A stretch of 64,000 bases of DNA, taken from NCBI GenBank assembly GCA_038087875.1, contig CM075990.1, forward strand, positions 16,432,001 through 16,496,000, read 5' to 3'. A model generated the notes under the pieces. The model worked only from the letters and a program-made list of their open reading frames with translations. It made no database searches and was not told the DNA's origin. Shown in pieces: positions 25,278 through 37,860 of the stretch; the first letter of the stretch is position 1; every line of letters begins with the position of its first letter. The position numbers and the translations under genes are program-made. This DNA is from Malacoraja senta (taxonomy: Eukaryota).

Positions 25278-26919
25278 GGGCAGCTCTTCTGACTTGATAA
25301 GAACACCCTCTCTCGCTGCACCCCCTCTGTGCTTCCTCCTGCTCTCTGACTTTACTTTTTGCATATCTTTCATTCATTTGCTCTATATATCTTCTACATC
25401 TCTTGTTTCCGTTTTCCTCTGACCCTCAGTCTGAAGAATGGTCTCGACCTGAAATGTCACCTATTCCTTTTCTGCAGTTACTCCAGGTTTTTGTGTAACA
25501 TCATATGAGAGCCTGTTGCTACACAGAGCCAAGCCACGCACTCGTGTTTCCAGTTGTCACTGATACACATGCAGCAGAAGTCAGTCAACCACTCTCAGTA
25601 ATATCCAAACATCATAACTCCTCCCTTTATATAACTATCTAACCTCACTTGGAGAGCTGTTGCCTCACAGCACCAGAGATCCAGGTTTGTGCCTGTCCTC
25701 GGATGCTGTCTGCGTGGAGTTTGCTCGTTCTCCCTGTGACTGCATGGGATTCCTCTGGAAGCTCCAGTTTCCTCCCACATCCCAAAGACATGCGGCTTTG
25801 TTGATTAAGTGGCCTCTGTAATTTGCCCCGAGTGTCTAGGAACTGGATGAGAAAGTGTGACAACATAGAACTAGTGTTTTGGAGAATGCAGGGTCTTATG
25901 GAAATGGGGCATTAAGAGCATTTAGCCTCGGTAAAGAGCAGAAGTGGAGAAATTAACGGGATGGGTCGGCATGGTCTTAATGGGCCGAAGAGCCTGTTTC
26001 CATGCTGTATCTCTAATCTTAACTAAATGTAGCCTATAATCCCATTGAAATTTCCTCAAGGAAAGGAAATTTCAATGGGAAATATAAATTATTCCCTAAA
26101 GGAGAAGGCATTTGCAGTGTAAAATACGAATTTAAATCTTTCCCCCGACTTTAAAACTAGTTTTCCACTGTTTGTTCACCAGCTCTCCCATCCAATTTTC
26201 ACAGTTTGTTTCGTTCAGATTTCAGATCCTATTACAACATGTTAAAAGTAACAAATCTCGCAGAGAAAAGATATTAACACCACAAATAGCAAAATTACTT
26301 TTGAACATTGGATGTGGCCAGTTTGCTGACATGTATGAGGAATGACAAATCTCCCATTCCGTAATAATAAATTATGGAGGAAGGTGATGGACAGCACGCT
26401 TGACCCGTGGAATGATTTGTGGTGACTTCTATTCACATTATGGGTTCCATTGAAAGTAATTTGAAAAAAATTCTATAGTTTAGTTCTATTTCAGACAGGG
26501 ATATAAAAGAATTCATAAGTGATAGGAGCAGAATTAGGCCATTCGACCCATCTAGTCTACTCCGGCATTCAATCATGGCAGATCTATCTCTCCCTCCGAA
26601 CCCCATTCTCCTGCCTTCTCCCCATAATCCCTGACACCTGTACTAATCAACATATCTATTATTAGTTCCCATGAGCTGATTTAATATACTTGCCACATCA
26701 GCTCATTTACAAAAAAAAATTATGCTGCATTTAGCTAGTTATTATCAAACAAGCATTTATATAATGACATTAGCCTGTGAATAAAATTTCAACTCTACAC
26801 TGTTTTCAATGAAAACATCTTTCTAACAGGCTGAGGCATAACAATAGGCAATAGACAATTGTGCTGTCTGACCATCACTGTGACTTATAAGCAAAACCAC
26901 AGAGTTTTATATAACACCT

Positions 26920-27310
26920 CCGGTCAGTCCGCAATAACCAACCTGACCTCCCGGTGGCTCAACACTTCAACTCCCCCTCCCATTCTGTATCTGACCTCTC
27001 TGTCCTGGGTCTCCTCCATGGCCACAGCGAGCAACACTGGAAATTGGAGGAAATGCACCGCCAAGGCAGTCTACATCCTGGGGACATGAACATTGAATTC
27101 TCCCAATTCTGCTAGCCCTTGCTGTCCCCTCCCCTTCATCAGCCCTCTGGTTGTCTCCCAGCCCTCGGGCTCCTCCTCCGCCTTTTTTCCTTTCTTCTCC
27201 CCACCCCCTATCAGTCTGAAGAAGGGTTTCGGCCCGAAACGTTGCCTATTTCCTTCGCTCCATAGATGCTGCTGCACCCGCTGAGTTTCTCCAGCATTTT
27301 TGTGTACCTT
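26920..27310 (+). mobile_element. Penelope-like element 3' end and terminal repeat
   Basis: Degenerate VAQHFNSPSH...KLEE...GMNIEFS C-terminus followed by the CTGAAGAAGGG...CCCGAAACG repeat. Confidence 0.65.
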
Positions 27311-29454
27311 TGAGTTTTATTTAACTGTTGACTTTCAAAGAGAAGTCAACAAACTTTCAAAGACAATGCTCTGAACTGGTAGGGAAGACCAAAGTATAAA
27401 GTAGATCTCATAAAAATAATTCATTCACGGTTAGACATGTTGCTTGATACAGATAGGAATAATTCCACTGATAATCTATTTACATCAGCTATGCTCCGGG
27501 GTAATTGCTTTGGCCTGATGTACAGATTGAAGACTATTACATACAGATTGAGTGGACAAGTACTCAGGAAAAGCCATGGCCTGCATCAGCCGAGGATCAA
27601 TAGTTAAATCTCAGCAGAACACGCTAGTTCAACTTCATTACAGTGCTTTGGTATGTTGCCATCAAACAAATTCATTAGAAAAAAATCTCAAGACTTAGCT
27701 AGCTATCGCAAATAAATGTTCTTCCTCCAGGATGTACCTTCTGGTTCCGTTGTTGTAGCTGATGCACTACTTCCTGCCAAACTTAATAAATACATAAATA
27801 TTGGGAAATATTTTGAAAAGAACAAATATTACTAACATTAGTATTATTCTTGCTGTGGACGTTTCTAGTATTTTATTGGAGGAACCACAACATAAATAAA
27901 CGTGATAAGTCAATAAATTGTAGATTCTTGTGGGTGAAAACCAACCATGAAAATTCAGCGGTAACCACTCCCAACAACCTGTTGATCATCAGATATCATG
28001 CAAGGTAAAAAGCTACTTGGCTGTCTGATCATGTTTAATATTCCTTTCAGGCAGCCGGTGTCATCACCCTTGTTCCCTCGTTTATTTAGTCAGATTGTGT
28101 GAGGGTGGGGTGGGCGGGGAGTATGCATTGCTGTCAAGGCCAGCAGTGAGTGAACTTTGTGTTCTGATGGGTCATTTCACTGTTGTTTAAGAGCCAACAT
28201 TGGTGGGGTAATCCAGGCCTGACACATTTCTTCCCCTGAGGAAGAAGGTAGGAAAGTCTCAGTACAATCCTGTGGTTTTTGTGGTTACCAACAAGTTTCA
28301 GGTCTATAGTAACCATTATAAGCAACCCTCTCTATCTCCATCCCACCCCCTCCCAGTTCTCCAATCATTCTGACTGTCCCCTATTACATTTTATCTTTGC
28401 TTTGTTGTTACCTTCTCAGCTAACAATGATCTATTCTACATTTTCCTTGATCTCCACACCCTTTGATGTCTCGTTTTCACACCTTGCACTTTCTTATCTC
28501 TGTACGTCCCTCTCCCCTGACTCAGTCTGAAGAAATGTCTCGACCCGAAAGGTCACCCATTCCTTCTCTCCAGAGATGCTGCCTGTCCTGCTGAGTTACT
28601 CCAGCATTTTGTGTCTATCTTCGATTTAATTATCGGAAAATTAGAGAAATCAATATTCATACCGCTGGGCATACTCTATGACTCAGTATACAGAGCCTTC
28701 TGGAGCGGAGAATTCGCAAGCCTCCAAGAAAAGAAATCCTTCCTCATCCTTCATCTTAGGAAATATTGCAGTAGAATTAATATGTGATGTGTTCTAAGCA
28801 TCACACCCCACACCAACCAACATAGCTGCATGCCTTCATTCCAAATGTTAACTCCTCTCTCTCTCAGCTAATGCAGGTTTGACCTTAATCATTAAGTAAC
28901 CAGCTTGTAGTTAGTAACTGCAATAGAGGCTGAGTGAAATCCTATTAAATTACATTAATGTCTGGTTGTGTGAAATTAGTATTTGGTTAGACAACAAGAG
29001 TCTCCATTATCAAGCGTTGACAGACTTGATTGTAAAATCAATAATGGAACACCTATACCAGTAAATCAAATGTATTTCTAAAGCTGATATGTGTAAGAAA
29101 GAACTGCAGATGCTGGTTTAAATCGAAGGTTGACTCATAATGCTGGAGTAACTCAGCGGGAAGGAATGGGTGACATTTCGGGTCGAGACCCTTCTTCAGA
29201 CTGATTCTTTGGTGTTGATCAGAAGATTGCAAGATAATGTATTGCTGTTTCAAATTAATTTCATATTTCTAATTTTATAAATGACAATAGATTTTGAGCC
29301 ATGCATATGTTATCATTCTATATCATTGTATACTTTGTAAATAGACAGTCTTCCAGATAGAGTCAAAAGTGTTTAATTGTCATATGGACCAACACCAGAA
29401 CAATGAATGTGTTAGTTGGAGCAGCTTAACATGCTCATAAAAGCAATGCACACT

Positions 29455-29480
29455 GATATATGTAATATATTTATAATAGC

Positions 29481-29522
<42 letters not shown>

Positions 29523-29540
29523 ACATAATATATTTATAAT
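29455..29540. repeat. (TA)n microsatellite
   Basis: Direct observation. Confidence 0.9.
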
Positions 29541-30339
29541 GTAACTGAACTTCTATGGACTGTGTCCTTGGTTGCACTATGGAGTTAGTTTTATTTTTGC
29601 ACTAGTGTTATGGTTATTAATTATTCCATATTTTACAATAAAAATATTCAATAAATTCAATAAATGTGAAAAAGAAACTCTGTAGTGCAACCTAGGACAA
29701 AATCCAGAGACGTTCATAGTTGCTGAAGCAAGTGTTTTGTGTTCAAGAGCCTGATGGGAGCTGGGGAGAAGCTGTTCTTGAGCCTTTCGGGCTTCTTCCT
29801 GATGGTAGGAACAAAATGAGAGCATGACCAGGGCGGTGTGGGGTTTTGATGATATTGGCTGCCATTTTTGGACAGTAAAGTAACCCTATAAAAACATCTT
29901 TAAAGGTTTACATTATAAATTTTATCATTTATATTTGATTATTATTACAGAAAGTTCTGGGTGACTTTCTTCCATTCACCTGCCCACAAACAGTAGGTTG
30001 TTCAATCTAATGCTAATTGCTCTCAGATTGATAGAATTTTAGAAGGGTATGAGGTCGTGTAGGGCTGTACTACTGTGGTGAAAGATCAGTCATGATCTTA
30101 TTAAACAATGTAAAAGACACAAAGGAGTAGCAATCATTGTGCTTCATTTCTTATGCTTTTATATCCTCAGGAGATCTGCCTCCCCATTCATGATTTATGA
30201 AGATGTCTACCCAGTAAATGGAACAAATGGCCATTATTTACTCTGAATAGATGGCTCACAATGAGGAATAAATGAGCTAAATTGGGGTGGAAGAAAGAAA
30301 AGTTCATTCCACCCCTCGTGGTACTTCAAGGACCATATC

Positions 30340-30810
30340 AAGATTTATGTGGATGTTGCCAGGTCTCGAGGGTCTGAGCTCTTTGGGCAGAGGTTGAATA
30401 GACAGGGTCTCTATTGCTTGGAGCGCAGGAGGATGAGAGGTGATCTTATAGAGGTGTATAAAATAATGAGAGGAATAGATCGGGTAGATGCACAGAGTCT
30501 CTTGCCCAGAGTAGGGGAATCGATAACTAGAGGACATAGGTTTAAGGTGAAGGGGGAAAGATTTAATAGGAATCTAAGGGGTAGATTTTTTCACACAAAG
30601 GGTGGTGGGTGAATGGAAGGAACTGCCAGAGGAGGTAGTTGAGGCAGGGACTATTGCAGTGCTTCAGAAACAATTGGACAGGTACATGGAAAGGACAGGT
30701 TTGGAGGGATATGGGCCAAACGCTGGCAGGTGGGACAAGTGTAGATGGGACATGTTGGTCGGTTTGGGCAAGTTGGGCCGAAGGGCCTGTTTCCACGCTG
30801 TATGACTATA
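30340..30810 (+). mobile_element. CR1 LINE 3' fragment
   Basis: LYCLERRRMRGDLIEVYKIMRGIDRV...TRGHRFKVKG...W.ELPEEVVEAG. Confidence 0.85.
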
Positions 30811-32019
30811 TTAAGGCTAATGGCAAAGCTTAGCAGGTTAGATCGCTGGAAGTGTAAGGCTCTGTCCAGTGTAACCAGATGTAAATCAGACATAGAAGGA
30901 GACATTTGGATGGGTGAACTAGTGCTTAGTCAAACAGTTAGCTTCACGTACAGAACTAGAGGAAACTATAGCTTTATCACAGAAACTAAATTAACGTTTA
31001 CAAAGGTTCTAAAAGATTCCGCTCTCAACTAAATTGTGCTACACATCTTCATTCTATACGTGCACCACCCAATGTTTCCGGCCCAATTCACAAACAGGGC
31101 TTTCATCATAAATGACTTCAGGGGTTGCTGACTTCGGAGAAGATTGATATGAATATCTAAATGACGATTCAGCTTACAAAACCTGGGTACCTGGGCTGCC
31201 TTTAAAAAACTCCTGATCTCGATCCAGGGACAGGACAGGGTAGGTAAGGATTGGACTTATTCCTGTATCATTCCCACACGAGCTTAAGATAGTTAACATC
31301 CCCCAACGAGAGAATAATTCTTCCTCACCATCTGAAGTTGTTGAATGCCGGTTTATTGCAGATACTTCAGTTCAGATTATGATCTATATCATGAAATTTA
31401 AATTCTGGACAGTAATCAAAAATGCCAATGATGTCTAAAGAACAAAATGTGCTGCAGTAATTCAGCGGGTCAGGCAGCATCTCTGGAGAACATGGACAGG
31501 TGACGTTTTGGGTCGGAATTCTTCTTCAGACTGACGAAGGCTGATCCATCGACGTTCTCTAGAGATGCTGCCTGACCCGCTGAATTACTCCAGTAGTTTG
31601 TGTCCTTTTGAGTAACCAGTATCTGCAGTTCCTTGTTTCTACACGCTGAAAATCTATCTTATTCCACTTGTTTTTGTTCCTCTCGCCACAGGTACCATGT
31701 AATCCCGTGCTACCTGCTCCATGGTTGGATAGTCGACGACTAAACCGTCTCCCCCACCTGGTTTGCCAGGTGAGGAGGGGGCTGTGGACCCCCAGCAGGA
31801 CCAAAAACAAGACCTGTCAAAGGGCGGATGAGCACCTAGCGAGCCACAACTCAGTAGAAGTTGCAAACACTGTCGTACATTGCATTGTAGGGCACCGTGC
31901 CCATTGATATTTTCAACAATGATGATGATGATGATTTTGTTCACCATCCCACCAACAGCTGGTTATACCTGTGTTAATTCATAGATCACTCAGAGTTTTA
32001 GTGACCCTGCTGCAGAAAA

Positions 32020-32360
32020 GCTGCCATTGTGCTTGAAAGAGTGCAGAGATTTATCAGGATGTTACCAGGACTCAAGAGCTTTAGCTATAGGGAGAGGTTG
32101 GGCAGCCTAGTTCTTCTTTCTTTGGAGCGCAGGAGGCTGAGATGTCATCTTATAGCAGTGTACAAATTCATACGGAGAATAGATAGGGAATTGCATAGTC
32201 TTTTCCCAAGGTAGATGAATTCAGAACTAGAGAGGATAGGTGTAAGATGAGAGGGGAAGCATTTAATAAGAACGTGAGGGGCAACTTTGTCTCACAGATG
32301 GTGATGGGTGTAATGGAACAAGCTGCCAGAGGAACTAGTTGAGGCAGATACTATAACAGC
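32020..32360 (+). mobile_element. CR1 LINE 3' fragment (interrupted; resumes ~33205-33370)
   Basis: LERVQRFIRMLPGLKSFSYRERL...LERRRLR. Confidence 0.8.
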
Positions 32361-33171
32361 TGCGGTGTTAACAGCTGCGGCTCGCCTGCAGTCCGTCTGT
32401 CTTTACTTTTTTTCTGTTGTTTTTTTTGTCTTGTTTTGGTTAAGTTTTAGTTTGTTGGGTTGTGTTAGGGGGGGTGAAACATGTTCTCTGTCTCTTCCTT
32501 CGGGGGAATGCGACTTTTTCGTGTCGTATCCCCCTTCTCTGCCTCCGTCTGCGCTGAGGCCTAATGGCGGAGCTGGCGGCCTCCAACCTGCGACCGACCC
32601 CGAGGCTACGGAGGCAGAGCCAGCCAGGACTTACCAACGAGAGGCTGTCCGTCTTCGGGGCTGAGGCAGCGGTGGCCCGACTTGCTGGTGCGGCGTTCTG
32701 GCTTTCGGCGGCGGCCTGGAGTTGATACAGCGGGGTCCGGAGCGGAGACTGCGGGACCCGGAGCGGAGACCGGGACCCGGAGCTGGGGCGGCGGCCTGGA
32801 GCTGATACAGCGGGGTCCGGAGTGGAGACTGCAGGACCCGGAGCTGGGGCAGTGGCCTGGAGCTGGGGCAGCGGCCCGGAGCTGATGCTGTGGCGGGCTG
32901 TCTCGGAGCGGAGACATCACCACGGAGGTCCGCTGGACTGGAGGGCGGCATCTTCGGCCTGGATCGATCGCCTCAGCGCAGAGGGAGAACAAGGAGGGAA
33001 GTGACGGAGACTAAGACTTTGCCTCCATTACAGTGAGGGTGTGCTTGGTGAACTCACTGTGGTGGATGTTTTAATTTGTGTTTATTGTATGTTTTGTTAT
33101 TATTGGTTCTGTGTATGACTGCAGGCAACATAATTTCGTTCAGACCGAAAGGTCTGAATGACAATAAAGAA

Positions 33172-33203
<32 letters not shown>
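32360..33203 (+). mobile_element. GC-rich non-coding retroelement with internal tandem repeats and (CTAT)n tail
   Basis: Inserted in a CR1; ends ATGACAATAAA...(CTAT)n; internal GGAGC(T/G)GGGGC-type repeats at 32700-32885. Confidence 0.6.
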
Positions 33204-33204
<1 letters not shown>

Positions 33205-36200
33205 AACATGTAAAAGACATTCAGACAGGTACATGGATAGGAAAGGTTTAGTGATCAAGCAGTGATCACTAAACTTAGTTTAGTGACTAGCTTCGCTGGG
33301 CCAACTTGGTCAGTGTGGACGTTGGACTGAGGGGCCTATTTCCATGTTGTATGACTCGATGATTCTATAATATGGTGGCCTATAACTATGAATGCAAAAT
33401 AAAGGAATGGAATATATTATGAATTAAGTATCTATGCAACACCTGTGCGGCTGTGATATTTAAGGAATTTTAGCACAGTTTTGATACTGAAGAGTTTCTC
33501 AATGTTCTGAAAGTCAAGTTTATTTCTTGCTTTCTGGAGTTTTATAATAGTCAACTTGTTAAGCTGACAGTTGAAATTACTTGAATATATTACATGGAAC
33601 CAGAGCAATTTCTAAACAACTGGTGAATTACCTTTAGGCCAGGATAAGTAACGTTGAGATTATAATTACATAATTTATCATCTGAAGGACTAGTTTCATT
33701 AAACCTTTGATGTATGGCTGATAGACACAGTAAAATATGTGTTCTATTAAGGTTTGTCTGAAACTCTAAATTACAGTTAAGTATACCTTCATAAAGCAAA
33801 CCCAAATGTTTATTTTAAACCATATTAGCGTAGGTACAGAGAGAGATTATATACTTCATATTACATATTGAAGATATTGAACTGCTAGGTTTTAGTGACA
33901 TTCCAGAGGAACCTCTATTTTAAGTGATGAAGTTAAACCAGGATTTGCAAAGGTTTTCAAAAAGGCATTTACTAGTATGAAAATCCTAAAGTGAAAGATT
34001 TCATGTCTTTGTGCTTCCATAAAGGGTGCTATCTTCATTTGGAAAAATAATTTATGTATTTGATGTGACAAGGGACAGGAACATTTTGGATCATTTTGTC
34101 ATGATATTGTCACATGTCACCAGTGCACTGAGGTGTTTCAATGCAATTAAAGTCACCATGTCAAGCATTTGTAGGGAAAATAACTTTACGATATGATTTG
34201 AATGAAGATTGCAATCCTTTTATACAATGACACATTTTGAATTCCTATTCTGGTATTCTGCATTTTATTCATCTAGGTCCATTACGGGTAATAATTTCAA
34301 AACTTGTCGAGATCAAGATCACAACCATAACACAATCGAATTTGTGACCCATTCTGATCGAAATGGAGACTAATTTGAACTTGGGTGCCATAGAACATCG
34401 AACAACACAGCACAGGAAACAGGTCCTTCAGCCCACAATATCCGAGTCAAACACGACGACAAGTTTTGATGGATTGAAAGTAACAGCATGGAAATGGGCT
34501 CTTTGGCCCATTGAGACCACGCCAGCCATTGATCACCCGTTCACACGAGTTCTATGTTATCCCACTTTCTCATCCATTCCCTGAACTCTAGGAGCAATTT
34601 ACAAGAGGTCAATTAACTTCCAAACCTGCACGCCTTTGGGATGTCCCAGGAGCGGAGCAACCAGGGGGCACCGGGAGAAAGTGCAAACTCCACACAGACA
34701 GCACTCGAGGTGAGGATTGAACCCTCTGGCGCCGTGAGGCAGTGGCTCTACCAGCTGCACCTCTTTGTTGATTGTCAGAAAAGTTAATTTAATCTCTGCC
34801 AATTTTCACGTTGTAAATTAAAACAAAATCCCAGGCACAGATTATCCGTTACCATCTTTTCAACGTGGAATAATTAAAACTAGAAATTCTGGTCTTGTTT
34901 TGTGAGCAGGTGTAAGAAACATTCAAAGGCAGCTTTTGTATCTGTAGGGTGTCTGTGGCTGGCTGTTTTGTAAGCTTATGCTTCCTTCATGGGTTTGTCA
35001 GTGAAGATGTAGGAGTGCACGAGCTATCCCACAGGAGCAATGTCGGTGGCAGCAGAAGTCTGCATGATTGACGGCTCTTATGCAAACCTCTTCAAGCTCC
35101 AGACTACGAGCACAGGTTAACTGTCACCAATGTTATTATTGCAGGCGTGAGCTCAGCCTGTGGTGTCGACAACACCCCGGTTGGATTGTGACACCGTAGT
35201 GAACCAAGAACAAAGGCTGATGTATCGTTGGTTCAGGCTGGGTGAAGGGTTACAGTGCATGTTTCAATCTGCTGAGCTCTGAATGGACAGACCTTTAAAA
35301 AGGAGATGTGGAGAAATGTCTTTAGTCAGAGGGCAGTGAATCTGTGGAATTTATTGCCACAGACGGCTGTGGAGGCCAAGTCAATGAATATTTTTAAGGT
35401 GGAGCCTGATAGGTTCACCGGACAAACAGCTAACAATGGCCTGTTTCCTTTATCATGTTACTTTTTTGCATATCTTTCATTCATTGTTCTTTATCTCTCC
35501 ACATCACCGTCTATATCTCTCCTTTCCATTATCCCTAACCAGTCTGAAGAAGGGTCTCGACCCGAAACGTCAACCATTCCTTCTCTCCAGAGATGCTGCC
35601 TGTCCCGCTGAGTTACTCCAGCTTTTTGTGTCTATCTTCGGTTTAAACCAGCATCTGCAGTTCCTTCTTACACAGGTTCCTGATTAGTATGGGTGTCAGG
35701 GTTAGCAGGAGAGTGGGGTTGAGAGGGAAAGATAGATCACTTGTGAATTAATATCTCGGCAGACTTGATGGGCCAAATGGCTGAATTCTGCTCCTATGAC
35801 TAATGAGGAATGCCGGGTTAATTCCAAGGAGCAGAAGGTGGCACAGTAGTTAACGTGGCTTTTCACAGCTCCAGCCCGCTGGGTCAAACCTGACCTGACC
35901 TGTCGGTGCGGACTTTGCAAGCTCTCCTGGTGACCGTGTGGGTTTCTTCCGGTGACTTCCCACATGCCAAAGATGTGGTGACTTCTAGGTTTACTGGCCA
36001 CCTAGGTTTACTAGGTTTACTAGGTTTATTGCCCATAAAGGAAATGACTGGTAGGAGAATAAGGGGTGGCACAGCGGCAGGGTTGCTGCCTTGGAACGTC
36101 AGAGACCCGGGTTCGATCCTGGCTAAAGATGCTGTCAGTATGGTGTTTGTACGTTCTCCCTGTGACCGCGTGGGTTTTCTCCGGTTTCCTCTCATATTCC

Positions 36201-37170
36201 AAAGACGTGCAGGTTTGTAGATTAATTGGCTTTTCCCCAGTGAGTAGGGTAGAACTAATGTGTTTGTGTGATCACTGGTTGGCGTGGACTCGGTGGACCA
36301 AAGAACCGATAGAACTCTTAGGGCTGTCGGAATCAAGGGATATGGGGAGAAGGCAGGAACGGGGTACTGATTGTGGATGATGAGCCATGATCACATTGAA
36401 TGGCTCGAAGGGTCAAATGGCCTACTCCTGCACCGATTGTCTGTGTATCTATGTATAACCTGTTTCCATGTCGTATCTCTAAACTAAACTAAAGGGGTGA
36501 AGAGGTGAAGTTGATGGGGATGCAAAGGGGAAAACAGGTTTAGTGTCGAAAGGTGCCTGATGGTTTCCCATATTTTATAACAAAGGCCATTCAGTCCTTC
36601 AAACTTATGCTGACTCTCAGAACAATCCCATCACTCTCGTTCCTCCATTCAACTCCATGTAAAGATTGAATTGGAACCCGAGGGGCATCTTTTTCACAGA
36701 GGGTGGTGGGTATATGGAACAAGCTGCCAGAGGAGGTACTTGAGGCAGGTACTATAACAATATTTAAAAGGCATTTGGACAGATACATGGATAGGAAAGA
36801 TTTAGAGGCCAAACACAGGTTAATGGGACCAGCTTACATCAGGGAACTTTCTCAGTATGGATGAGTTGGACCATAGGGCTGTATGACTCTATGATTATTA
36901 ATAATTATTTAGCATATCCATTGACTCCCAGCTGAATTTCCCTCATATCCATGTCTACTAGGGGGCATCCACGTCCCCTAGGGGAGCACTTGTCCTCTGT
37001 GGACAATTAAAATACCAACATTTCTTTGGTATGTGGGAGAAAGCTGGAGCATCAGGGAGAAATCCACACAGCCACAGGGAGAATTCCTCATGGACAGCTT
37101 CCAAGGTTCCTGGAACTGTGAGGCAGTAACACTAATGTCTGCGCCATTGTGTCACTCAGGGTTATTGAAA

Positions 37171-37292
37171 GAAGGGTCTCGACCCGAAACGTCACCTGTT
37201 CCTTCGCTCCATAGATGCTGCCTCACCCGCTGAGTTTCTCCAGCATTTCTGTCAACCTTCGATTTTTCCAGCATCTGCAGTTCTTTCTTAAA
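37171..37292 (+). repeat. Penelope-derived short terminal-repeat unit (representative of about 20 or more copies in the window)
   Basis: GAAGGGTCTCGACCCGAAACGTCACC...GATGCTGCC...GCTGAG...CAGCATCTGCAG; flanked by 14-bp TSD CAGGGTTATTGAAA (37157-37170, 37293-37306). Confidence 0.75.
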
Positions 37293-37499
37293 CAGGGTTA
37301 TTGAAATGATTGCCCTTTGCTGCAATTGCTCTCTGAAGCCAACAGCAACTTGAAGACTTCCTCACTGATTAATTTGGACGTCTGTTCAGTGCCGTTCCAG
37401 CCGCTAACTGTTTGTAGTCATCACCACAGAAATCAACAGAAATCACTTAAATGGACAAGAAACTGTAAAATATTTTGCTTTAGTTCATGAGGCCTACAT

Positions 37500-37860
37500 A
37501 AAAAGTCTTCTCACCCACCACTCCACCTCCAGGCCCCTCAGATCGGCCGACTTGGGGTTGCTGAATATCCCACGGTCTAGGCATAAGCTCAGGGGCGACC
37601 GCGCCTTTGCGGTTGCAGCCCCTAGACTGTGGAACAGCATCCCCTTTCCCATCAGAACTGCCCCCTCCATCGACTCTTTTAAGTCAAGAATAAAAACTTA
37701 TCTATACTCCCAAGCCTTTCCTGACGTCCTCTGAGTGAGGGCTACATGTATATATGTATGTAGTTTGTTTTGTTTATGCTATTCTTATAACAAATGTAAA
37801 GCACTTTGGCCAACGAGAGTTGTTTTTTAAATGTGCTATATAAATAAATGTGACTTGACT
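37500..37860 (+). mobile_element. L2 LINE 3' end
   Basis: RSADLGLLNIPRSR...GDRAFAVAAPRLWNSIP...FKSRIKTYL; tgtaaagcacttt...tataaataaa tail. Confidence 0.8.
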
